Of a DNA stretch of 64,000 nucleotides, positions 57,780-64,000 are shown one piece after another (position 1 is the first letter of the stretch; each line of letters starts with the position of its first letter). Origin of the DNA: Oscillospiraceae bacterium (GTDB lineage: Bacteria; Bacillota; Clostridia; Oscillospirales; Acutalibacteraceae); contig SVPE01000005.1 of assembly GCA_015066015.1 (NCBI GenBank), forward strand, positions 68,533 to 132,532, in the 5' to 3' direction. The notes beneath the pieces were generated by a model that saw only the letters and a list, made by a program, of their open reading frames with translations, had not been told where the DNA came from and ran no database searches. The position numbers were made by a program, and so were the translations under genes.

Positions 57780-58780
57780 CAATTGGTTTCTATTCCAAGC
57801 CAACTGTTGATGCGTTCTTGCAACAACGTTTCGGTATAATCTCTTGTTTCTTTATCTTTATCAAGTGTGTGACCTGAATTCTCAAAGGTGATAAGGTCGT
57901 GATTTACAGAAAAAGCAGTAAGCTTTTCGCTGAGAATTTCACTGCCTTTGTAGGGTGCTACAGTATCTTTTTTTCCGTGCGCAATCAGAGTGGGCACACT
58001 GTCTTCAGTAACATATTCTGTGGGAGAAAGCTCTTTAAGAAGCTTTTCGTATCCGGCTCTTGTTTGTGGGGTGAAGGTTTCACCGCAAGCCTTTGACATA
58101 AGCTCACACATATGCTTCTCGTCACCGAGACTGTTTGATTTGTAGAATTCATCAAGAGAAAGCTCAACGGCGGGAGACGTTACAAAAACACCTACAGGAG
58201 TTACGGGTGAAATATCTTTATATCTGTAAGCATAAAGAAGTGCTAGGTGACCTCCTGCGGAGTGACCGCAAAGAACAACCTTTGTTATGTTCACTGAATA
58301 GCCTGCAGCGAGAGTTTTTATATGTGAAATAGCCGCTGTTATATCGTTGATGATATCGTAAATATCGGTTTTTCCTGTTTCGGCAAGTCTGTAGTTGATT
58401 GAGGCTGTGGCATAGTTCTTATTTTCTTTAAGAACACCGAAATTCTTTTTTACTGTAGCCTTGTCGCCTGCAATCCATCCGCCGCCGTGAAGGAAAAGAA
58501 CAAGACCGGTTTCTTCTCTGTCGTCTACGGGCAGATGAAGGTCAAGCTTGTTGTCTTCGGAAGAGCCATAAGAAATGTCTTTGAAGGAGCAGACAATGGT
58601 TTCTGTTTTTGGCTCGGTGACAGTTTCTTTTGTTGTGGTTTCGGTGGTTTCTGCAGTCACGGATGTCTCTGTCTGTGCAGTGGCGTCGGCATCAACCTTG
58701 TCTTCAGCAAAACCGATAAGATGTAACGAGGCAAAGAAAAGCAACAAAGAGAGAGAGAGTGCAACAATTCTTGATTTCAT
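57779..58780 (-). CDS. secreted alpha/beta-hydrolase (esterase/lipase fold)
   Basis: The signal peptide is MKSRIVALSLSLLLFFASLHLIGFA. The oxyanion motif is LHGGGW and the nucleophile elbow is GHSAGG. Confidence 0.85.
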   Translation of the reverse strand: MKSRIVALSLSLLLFFASLHLIGFAEDKVDADATAQTETSVTAETTETTTKETVTEPKTETIVCSFKDISYGSSEDNKLDLHLPVDDREETGLVLFLHGGGWIAGDKATVKKNFGVLKENKNYATASINYRLAETGKTDIYDIINDITAAISHIKTLAAGYSVNITKVVLCGHSAGGHLALLYAYRYKDISPVTPVGVFVTSPAVELSLDEFYKSNSLGDEKHMCELMSKACGETFTPQTRAGYEKLLKELSPTEYVTEDSVPTLIAHGKKDTVAPYKGSEILSEKLTAFSVNHDLITFENSGHTLDKDKETRDYTETLLQERINSWLGIETN

Positions 58781-58816
58781 ATAAAAGTCCCCGTTTTTAA
58801 TATTCCGTATTTTTGG

Positions 58817-58847
58817 GAGAAAACAAGCCTACCGGAGAGGTAGGCTT
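58817..58847 (-). terminator. terminator of the rpsF-ssb-rpsR operon
   Basis: On the minus strand: AAGCCTACC-tctcc-GGTAGGCTT followed by GTTTTCTC. Confidence 0.7.
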
Positions 58848-58862
58848 AATTCTTGTTTGTTA

Positions 58863-59105
58863 TCAGTCGCTTGTGTAAGCCATAAGAGCTACCTGGCGTG
58901 CGCGCTTGATAGCTGTTGTAAGCTCGCGCTGATGACGTGCACAGGTGCCGGTTACTCTGCGAGGAAGGATCTTAGCTCTGTCAGATGTGAACTTACGGAG
59001 CTTCTGAACATCCTTGTAATCGATTTCTTCAACCTTATCTACACAGAATGCGCAAACCTTTTTGCGTGACTTTCTGTTAGGACGGTTGCCCTTTTCATAT
59101 GCCAT
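58863..59105 (-). CDS. rpsR: 30S ribosomal protein S18
   Basis: 80 aa; [46 protein letters not shown]. Confidence 0.97.
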   Translation of the reverse strand: MAYEKGNRPNRKSRKKVCAFCVDKVEEIDYKDVQKLRKFTSDRAKILPRRVTGTCARHQRELTTAIKRARQVALMAYTSD

Positions 59106-59132
59106 GATACGTATTCCTCCTGTTAGTAATTT

Positions 59133-59573
59133 TTAGAAAGGTAAATCTTCGTCGTCGGTGATTTCTTCAAAATCATTTGCAGAGGCTGTCTGATAAGCGG
59201 GAGCTACTGCAGGAGCAACCTGAGGAGCAGGTGTCACTGAAGTGCCGCTTTCTGCCTTGCTGCCACAGAAACTGATTTCGTTGGCAATAACCTCGAAAGC
59301 AGATCTCTTGGCGCCGTTGGCATCTTCGTAATTTCTTGTCTGGATACGACCCTGAATGGCTATCATTGAGCCTTTCTGGAAATATCTGCAGACAAAGTTA
59401 GCGCTGCTTTCCCAGGCAACGATTCTGATGAAATCGGCCTGTCTCTGCTCGCCCTGCCTTACGAAAGAACGGTCAACTGCAATCGTGAAGGTTGCAACGG
59501 ATTTACCGGTTGGTGTTGTGCGAAGCTCGGGATCTGCCACAAGGCGTCCCATAAGTGTTACGCAGTTAAGCAT
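59133..59573 (-). CDS. ssb: single-stranded DNA-binding protein
   Basis: 146 aa; MLNCVTLMGRLVADPELRTTPTGKSVATFTIAV.. OB fold with an acidic tail DDEDLPF. Confidence 0.97.
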   Translation of the reverse strand: MLNCVTLMGRLVADPELRTTPTGKSVATFTIAVDRSFVRQGEQRQADFIRIVAWESSANFVCRYFQKGSMIAIQGRIQTRNYEDANGAKRSAFEVIANEISFCGSKAESGTSVTPAPQVAPAVAPAYQTASANDFEEITDDEDLPF

Positions 59574-59587
59574 TTTTAGCTTCCTCC

Positions 59588-59881
59588 TTACTTTCTGATT
59601 GTGAGAACACGGAGAACGCCTTCAGTGATGCCTGCAACACGCTCAAGCTCTGCGGGGAGAGAAGCGTTTGCTTCGTAGTTCATAAGAACATAAGCACCCT
59701 GAGTTTCGTCGTTGATCTCGTAAGCAAGGTTGCGTACGCCGTTTATGCCGCCGAAAGGTTCTGCTGATACGAGAGTACCGCCAGCCTTTGTAATAAGAGC
59801 CTGGAATTTCTCGCTGAGAGCAGCAACAGCTTCTTCGCCTTTTGCAACTGAGAATACGAACATTGATTCATACTTGTTCAT
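59588..59881 (-). CDS. rpsF: 30S ribosomal protein S6
   Basis: 97 aa; MNKYESMFVF...; first gene of the conserved rpsF-ssb-rpsR arrangement. Confidence 0.95.
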   Translation of the reverse strand: MNKYESMFVFSVAKGEEAVAALSEKFQALITKAGGTLVSAEPFGGINGVRNLAYEINDETQGAYVLMNYEANASLPAELERVAGITEGVLRVLTIRK

Positions 59882-59995
59882 TTTTTTACCTCCTTATGGT
59901 CTCTGGCCCCGAAACTATCCTTCGGAGCAAGGAAATTTATCGCAATACATACTGCGACAGTTACAAAGTATACCAATAAAAAGGAAATAAGTCAA
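59882..59995 (-). promoter_or_regulatory. rpsF promoter (TTGACT, 17 nt, TATACT) and structured 5' leader
   Basis: On the minus strand the -35 is at 59995-59990 and the -10 at 59972-59967. The leader contains hairpins TCGCA-gtatgtat-TGCGA and CCGAA-ggatagt-TTCGG before GGAGG. Confidence 0.5.
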
Positions 59996-60113
59996 GGCAA
60001 AAATGTAAAAAAAAACACGTTGTGAGAAATTTTTGCCGTTTTGCCTTGCTTTTTTACAAACAGGCGACAAAAAGGTGTATAAGATGACCAAAAAGCGTAC
60101 AATAAATGAACTG

Positions 60114-60142
60114 TTGACAAGGGCTACAAACTTAGATATAAT
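60114..60142 (+). promoter_or_regulatory. perfect consensus sigma-A promoter (TTGACA, 17 nt, TATAAT)
   Basis: Both hexamers are exact and the spacing is exactly 17 nt, 45 nt upstream of the zinc-ribbon gene start. Confidence 0.7.
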
Positions 60143-60186
60143 GTATTCACAGTATGATATATCGGTATTTACAAGGAGGTAAACTT

Positions 60187-60705
60187 ATGAATTGTCCGAT
60201 TTGCAATGCAATTATTCCTGAAGGTCAGAACAAGTGCAGTGTTTGCGGGTTTGTAACAGGTGATCAGCCAGTCAACCGGCAGGCAGACGCCTCTTTTCAG
60301 CAGCAGAATCCTTATGTTAACAACAATGATTCTCAGAATTAACAGCAGCCTCAGGCTTATTACAGTCAGCCGCAGCAGACTTATCAGCAGCCGCAGAATT
60401 TTAACCAACCTCCTCAGGGTTATTACGGCCAGCCTCAACAGGGATATCCGCAGTATAACGGTTTTCAGCCCTACAATCAGTTTAACCCTAATGATGTGCC
60501 AAGCGGCGGCATGAATTTTCTTGCGTTTATAATTCCGATTATTGGAATTATTCTTTATTTTGTTGAAAAAGATAAGACGCCCAACAAATCAAAGGCTATG
60601 TTAAAGTGGGCAATTATCGGTTGGGTGTCATCCTTTGTTTTTGTTATTATTATGTATGCGGTGTTCTTCGCGATAGGCATGTCATCGGGCGGATACTATT
60701 ATTAA
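60187..60705 (+). pseudogene. zinc-ribbon / PQ-rich linker / 2-TM membrane protein interrupted by a single in-frame TAA (60340-60342)
   Basis: AAGGAGG RBS and ATG at 60187. The N-terminus MNCPICNAIIPEGQNKCSVCGF is a zinc ribbon. The frame continues without any other stop through QQPQAYYSQPQQTYQQPQNF..., into the TM region NFLAFIIPIIGIILYF..WAIIGWVSSFVFVIIMYAVFFAI, and on to stop 60705. Confidence 0.6.
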
Positions 60706-60720
60706 GTTTAAAGCATATGA

Positions 60721-60756
60721 AAAGGTGCTGTAAAAACACTCTTTTACAGCACCTTT
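60721..60756. terminator. terminator hairpin after the zinc-ribbon gene
   Basis: Perfect 15-bp stem AAAGGTGCTGTAAAA-acactc-TTTTACAGCACCTTT. Confidence 0.65.
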
Positions 60757-60780
60757 ATGTTAAAAAATTAAAGCATAAAG

Positions 60781-60809
60781 AAAAGGGACTGCTGATTCTG
60801 AGCAGTCCC
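60781..60809 (-). terminator. terminator of the efp operon
   Basis: On the minus strand: GGGACTGCT-cagaatc-AGCAGTCCC followed by TTTTCTTTAT. Confidence 0.75.
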
Positions 60810-60822
60810 TTGAGTTTTCTGA

Positions 60823-61254
60823 TTATTCTTCGATTTCTTCTTCTTCTTCGATTTCAAACTCGAGAACTGCGCCGCAGCAGGGGCATTCAACCTCGCCTGC
60901 TTCGTCGATTTCGTCAAAGCCGATGCATACTGTTTCTTCGCAAGCGGGGCAAACAACCTCGATGCAATCGTCGTCGCAGCAGCAGTCACAGTCATCGTCA
61001 AGGCAACCGCAATCGCAGTCGTCATCCTCAAAGCACTCGTATACGAATTCCTCAACGTCGCCGAGGTCTTCGTCAAGCTCTTCAACATAATCTGTGAGAT
61101 CTTCAAGATCTTCATCGATGTCGCTTAAATCGGAAGCGATTTCATCAAGAGCGTCGATAATAGCGGCAAACATCTTGCCTTCCTTCTTATCGTCGTCGAT
61201 ATCAAGACCTTCCATAAGGCCTCTTAAATAAGCTACTTTTTCTGAAACTGACAT
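60823..61254 (-). CDS. highly acidic Cys-rich zinc-ribbon protein (CD1247-like, efp-linked)
   Basis: The start is at ATG 61254, 26 nt after the efp stop. The N-terminus is MSVSEKVAYLRGLMEGLDIDDD... It has an Asp/Cys cluster CFEDDDCDCGCLDDDCDCCCDDDC and a C-terminal CPAC...CPCC ribbon. Confidence 0.75.
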   Translation of the reverse strand: MSVSEKVAYLRGLMEGLDIDDDKKEGKMFAAIIDALDEIASDLSDIDEDLEDLTDYVEELDEDLGDVEEFVYECFEDDDCDCGCLDDDCDCCCDDDCIEVVCPACEETVCIGFDEIDEAGEVECPCCGAVLEFEIEEEEEIEE

Positions 61255-61279
61255 AGTAGTTAATTCCTTTCGTTTAAAA

Positions 61280-61846
61280 TTATTCGCCCTTTGAACGGCC
61301 GAGATATTCACCTGTTCTTGTATCGATCTGAATGAATTCACCTTCGTCGATGAAGAGGGGAACCTTTACCTCTGCGCCGGTTTCAAGTGTTGCGGGCTTT
61401 GTTGTGTTTGTTGCTGTGTTGCCTGCAAAGCCGGGATCAGTCTTTGTAACCTGAAGGTCAACAAAGTTCGGGGGTTCAACACCGAAAACGTTACCCTTGT
61501 AGGAAAGAACCTTACAAGTCATATTTTCCTTAACGAACTTGAAGTTATCTGAAAGCTCACTTTCGTTGATGGGAACAAGCTCATAGGTTTCGGGATCCAT
61601 AAAGTAATAAAGACCGCCGTCACTGTATGAATATTCCATATCCTTTCTTTCAACAAAAGCGGTGGGGAACTTTTCACTGGGGTTGAAAGTTCTTTCAATA
61701 ACTGAACCTGTGATAACGTTCTTAACCTTTGCGCGAACAAAAGCTGCACCCTTACCGGGCTTTACGTGCTGGAATTCGATAATCTGAAGAACGTTGCCAT
61801 CCATTTCGAATGTAACGCCGTTTCTGAAATCACCTGCTGATACCAT
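61280..61846 (-). CDS. efp: translation elongation factor P
   Basis: 188 aa; [38 protein letters not shown]..; strongly conserved EF-P sequence. Confidence 0.97.
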   Translation of the reverse strand: MVSAGDFRNGVTFEMDGNVLQIIEFQHVKPGKGAAFVRAKVKNVITGSVIERTFNPSEKFPTAFVERKDMEYSYSDGGLYYFMDPETYELVPINESELSDNFKFVKENMTCKVLSYKGNVFGVEPPNFVDLQVTKTDPGFAGNTATNTTKPATLETGAEVKVPLFIDEGEFIQIDTRTGEYLGRSKGE

Positions 61847-62057
61847 TTTATATTCCTCCGAATAATAAAGATTATTTGTACTTCAACATTTTATACTAAA
61901 ACTGAAAATATTTCAAGTCTTTTTTTAAATTAGAATAACTTTTGATGCATATATTGTATAAATTCTTACAAATTTAATAAAATTCTGCACTCTGTATTGG
62001 GTTTTTGGAATTTTTATGTTAAAATCGAATTGCAATCGGAATAAAGGAAGTGAAAAA

Positions 62058-62867
62058 ATGAAGAGGTTAATTTGTTTTTTTCTTATAATAGTATGTCTTT
62101 TTTTGTTGCCGTCATGCGCAAGAGAAGAGGAAGCAGAGCTACCTCTTACCGTCACTGTAACATTTCCTGAAGGATATACGGTAAAAGAATTTGCCGAACT
62201 TTTGCAGGAAAATCATGTCTGTGAGGCGTCAGAATTTATATCTCTTACAAATAACGCCCGATATCTTAAGAGGTTGGAGCATTCTTTTTTAAAACAGATT
62301 CCGAACTATAAAAATCGTCCATTCATTCTTGAAGGCTATCTTTTTCCCGATACCTACGAATTTTACACCAACGAGGGCGCAGAAGCAGCTCTTTCACGCT
62401 TCCTTGACAATACGGAGCAAAAGCTTAATGTTGAATATAAGAGAAGGGCAGAAGAAATCGGATACACAATGGACGAGATTCTCTCCCTTGCTTCAATAAT
62501 TCAAGAAGAGGCCGGTGAGTACGAGCATATGCCGAATGTGTCTTCTGTGCTTCATAACCGACTGGAAAAGCGAGATTACAACAGACTTGAGTGTGATGTA
62601 ACGGTAAATTACATAAGCAACAATATCAAGGATTCACCTTATATCAGTGTGAGGCTCTCGGAAGTTGAGGAAAATTACGACACATATGTATGTTACGGAC
62701 TTCCTTTGGGTGCTATATGTAATCCCGGTATTCATGCTATTGAGGCGGCACTCTATCCGCCCGAGACGGATTATTTCTTTTTTGTCACCGATACGGACTG
62801 GAATTACTATTATGCTGAAACCTATGAGGAGCATCAGGAAAATTGCAGGATAGCAGGTGTACATTAA
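62058..62867 (+). CDS. mltG: endolytic murein transglycosylase MltG (YceG-like), lipoprotein form
   Basis: Start at ATG 62058. The lipobox is LLPSC. YceG motifs are LEGYLFPDTYEF, SLASIIQEEA and NPG..AIEAAL.P. Confidence 0.85.
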   Translation: MKRLICFFLIIVCLFLLPSCAREEEAELPLTVTVTFPEGYTVKEFAELLQENHVCEASEFISLTNNARYLKRLEHSFLKQIPNYKNRPFILEGYLFPDTYEFYTNEGAEAALSRFLDNTEQKLNVEYKRRAEEIGYTMDEILSLASIIQEEAGEYEHMPNVSSVLHNRLEKRDYNRLECDVTVNYISNNIKDSPYISVRLSEVEENYDTYVCYGLPLGAICNPGIHAIEAALYPPETDYFFFVTDTDWNYYYAETYEEHQENCRIAGVH

Positions 62868-62872
62868 AAAAT

Positions 62873-62902
62873 ACGGGAGGTGAAAACCTCCCGTTATTTT
62901 TA
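62873..62902. terminator. bidirectional terminator between mltG (+) and cysK (-)
   Basis: ACGGGAGGT-gaaa-ACCTCCCGT, with AAAAAAT upstream and TATTTTTA downstream. Confidence 0.8.
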
Positions 62903-62958
62903 ATGTTTAAACAGTCAAAACAATTTTAATTGTTATTGTCGGAAATGAACTACATCCT

Positions 62959-63879
62959 TTAAAATAGCCCCACGCTCATATATCTTTCTCCTGAATCGGG
63001 CAGAAGGACAACGATATTTTTGCCTTTGTTTTCTTCTCTTTGTGCAATTTCTCTTGCCGCACATAGTGCTGCACCTGAAGAAATACCCACCAGGATGCCT
63101 TCTGATTTGGCAAGACTGCGACACATAGTGAAGCAATCGTCTGTTTTAACGGTAAGCACTTCGTCAACAACACTCATATCGAGGTTTTCGGGAATGAAGT
63201 TTGCACCTATACCTTGGATGCCGTGCTTGCCTGCGAAGCCCTTTGTGATAAGAGGCGAGTCGAAAGGTTCAACACCGATAACCTTAAGCTGAGGAATCTT
63301 TTCTTTAAGATAAGCGCCGGTGCCTGAAATTGTACCTCCGGTGCCTATGCAAGCAACAAAAATGTCTGCATTGCCTTCGGTGTCACGGTAGATTTCGGGG
63401 CCTGTTGTGAGCGAATGTGAATCGGGATTGTCGCGGTTTTCAAACTGAGAGGGAATGAAGGAGTTGGGTGTTGCGTCGTGAAGCTCCTTCGCCTTTTCGA
63501 TTGAGCCCAGCATACCCTTTGAACCGTCTGTAAGAACAATTTCTGCACCGTAAGACTTAAGTAGCTGCTGGCGTTCAACACTCATCGTGTCGGGCATAAC
63601 GAGAATTGCCTTATAGCCCTTGCTTACGCAGGCGGCAGCAAGACCTATTCCGGTGTTTCCGCTTGTGGGTTCAATAATCGTTGCACCTTCAGAAATAAGC
63701 TTTCTGTCAGCTGCTTTTGTGAGCATATGAACGGCAACTCTGTCCTTGACGGATCCTGCAGGATTGAAGTATTCAAGCTTCAGAAGAAGTTTTGCGTCTA
63801 TGCTTTCGTTTTTACAAAAGCGTGAAGCATCAAGAAGCGGTGTGTTTCCCACAAGGGAAGAAAAGTCACTGTGTATCAT
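62959..63879 (-). CDS. cysK: cysteine synthase A (O-acetylserine sulfhydrylase)
   Basis: 306 aa. KLEYFNPAGSVKDR carries the PLP lysine; PTSGNTGIGLA and GTGGT are also present. Confidence 0.95.
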   Translation of the reverse strand: MIHSDFSSLVGNTPLLDASRFCKNESIDAKLLLKLEYFNPAGSVKDRVAVHMLTKAADRKLISEGATIIEPTSGNTGIGLAAACVSKGYKAILVMPDTMSVERQQLLKSYGAEIVLTDGSKGMLGSIEKAKELHDATPNSFIPSQFENRDNPDSHSLTTGPEIYRDTEGNADIFVACIGTGGTISGTGAYLKEKIPQLKVIGVEPFDSPLITKGFAGKHGIQGIGANFIPENLDMSVVDEVLTVKTDDCFTMCRSLAKSEGILVGISSGAALCAAREIAQREENKGKNIVVLLPDSGERYMSVGLF

Positions 63880-63897
63880 TGTAAAAGCACCCCGTAA

Positions 63898-64000
63898 TTA
63901 TTTTTCCCCGAGAAGCTTTGCCAATTCATCCATAAATGTATTGATGTCCTTGAACTGACGGTAAACTGAAGCAAAACGCACATATGCAACTTCATCAAGA
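63898..64000 (-). CDS. nrdR: transcriptional repressor NrdR, C-terminal fragment (gene continues beyond the window)
   Basis: The reverse-strand translation of the window end reads ..[33 protein letters not shown], the conserved NrdR ATP-cone C-terminus. Confidence 0.8.
   Translation of the reverse strand, partial: LDEVAYVRFASVYRQFKDINTFMDELAKLLGEK

Noticed and set aside
59993-60055. A terminator-like hairpin, CAAGGCAAAA...TTTTGCCTTG followed by CTTTTTT, in the rpsF / zinc-ribbon intergenic region.
   Set aside because: No + strand gene ends upstream of it. The loop is ~36 nt and it overlaps the rpsF -35 box. It is most likely fortuitous pairing of A/T-rich promoter DNA, although an sRNA 3' end cannot be excluded without transcript data.
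60606-61115. An Arg-rich 163-aa + strand ORF (60606..61097) and a 115-aa minus-strand ORF (60768..61115).
   Set aside because: The first is the mirror image of the Asp/Glu-rich CD1247-like gene (GAx codons read antisense give Arg/Ser). The second is an off-frame overlap. Neither has an RBS, and both cross the two terminators at 60721-60809.
1-64000. A search for tRNA, rRNA, CRISPR arrays, IS elements or transposases, integrases, prophage genes and toxin-antitoxin pairs.
   Set aside because: None was recognisable. There are no cloverleaf-like or rRNA-like segments in the intergenic regions, no direct-repeat/spacer arrays, no transposase- or recombinase-like ORFs, and no terminal inverted repeats flanking the giant-gene locus.

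Overview
This 64-kb window looks like a low-GC Gram-positive, Clostridia-like chromosome. The taxon is an inference from the rpsF-ssb-rpsR, efp, ylmC/ymxH, SleC-like and nrdR-cysK context and from the consensus sigma-A / extended -10 promoters. About 60% of the window (1.2-39.9 kb) is two co-oriented genes for giant Sec-secreted proteins, each with its own promoter and terminator.

(1) 1185..8309 encodes a 2,374-aa mosaic of 14 Listeria/Bacteroides-type (InlB B-repeat-like) beta repeats interleaved with about 9 Cys-rich C-x6-G-x5-C-x2-CG..LGH units.

(2) 8738..39874 is one uninterrupted 31.1-kb ORF of 10,378 aa (roughly 1.1 MDa at ~110 Da per residue). It is built from 15 divergent copies of a large module whose core I cannot assign to any characterised family. 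Core spacing is about 2.2 kb in the proximal half. In the distal half two core subtypes alternate, giving a ~3.0-3.5-kb super-repeat.

The two giant genes share a near-identical promoter -10 region, SD and signal-peptide cassette, and both end in a basic aromatic amphipathic tail. I saw no LPXTG, SLH, NRPS/PKS or RTX signatures. This pair is the candidate undescribed system.

The rest of the window is ordinary:
- a TagH/Wzt-like ABC ATPase
- GH3 beta-glucosidase
- YlmC/YmxH
- SH3b + C39-like peptidase
- GDPD phosphodiesterase
- GPH symporter
- DUF554 and EamA membrane proteins
- galM
- a metallophosphoesterase
- aroK
- a TAXI-TRAP transporter
- a three-gene peptidoglycan-binding (SleC-like) cluster
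- a secreted esterase
- rpsF-ssb-rpsR
- a zinc-ribbon membrane protein split by one in-frame TAA
- efp plus a CD1247-like acidic Cys-rich protein
- mltG, cysK and the 3' end of nrdR

I recognised no tRNA, rRNA, CRISPR or IS element. All calls come from reading the sequence and the ORF track, with no database search. Internal repeat coordinates are good to about +/-30 nt.
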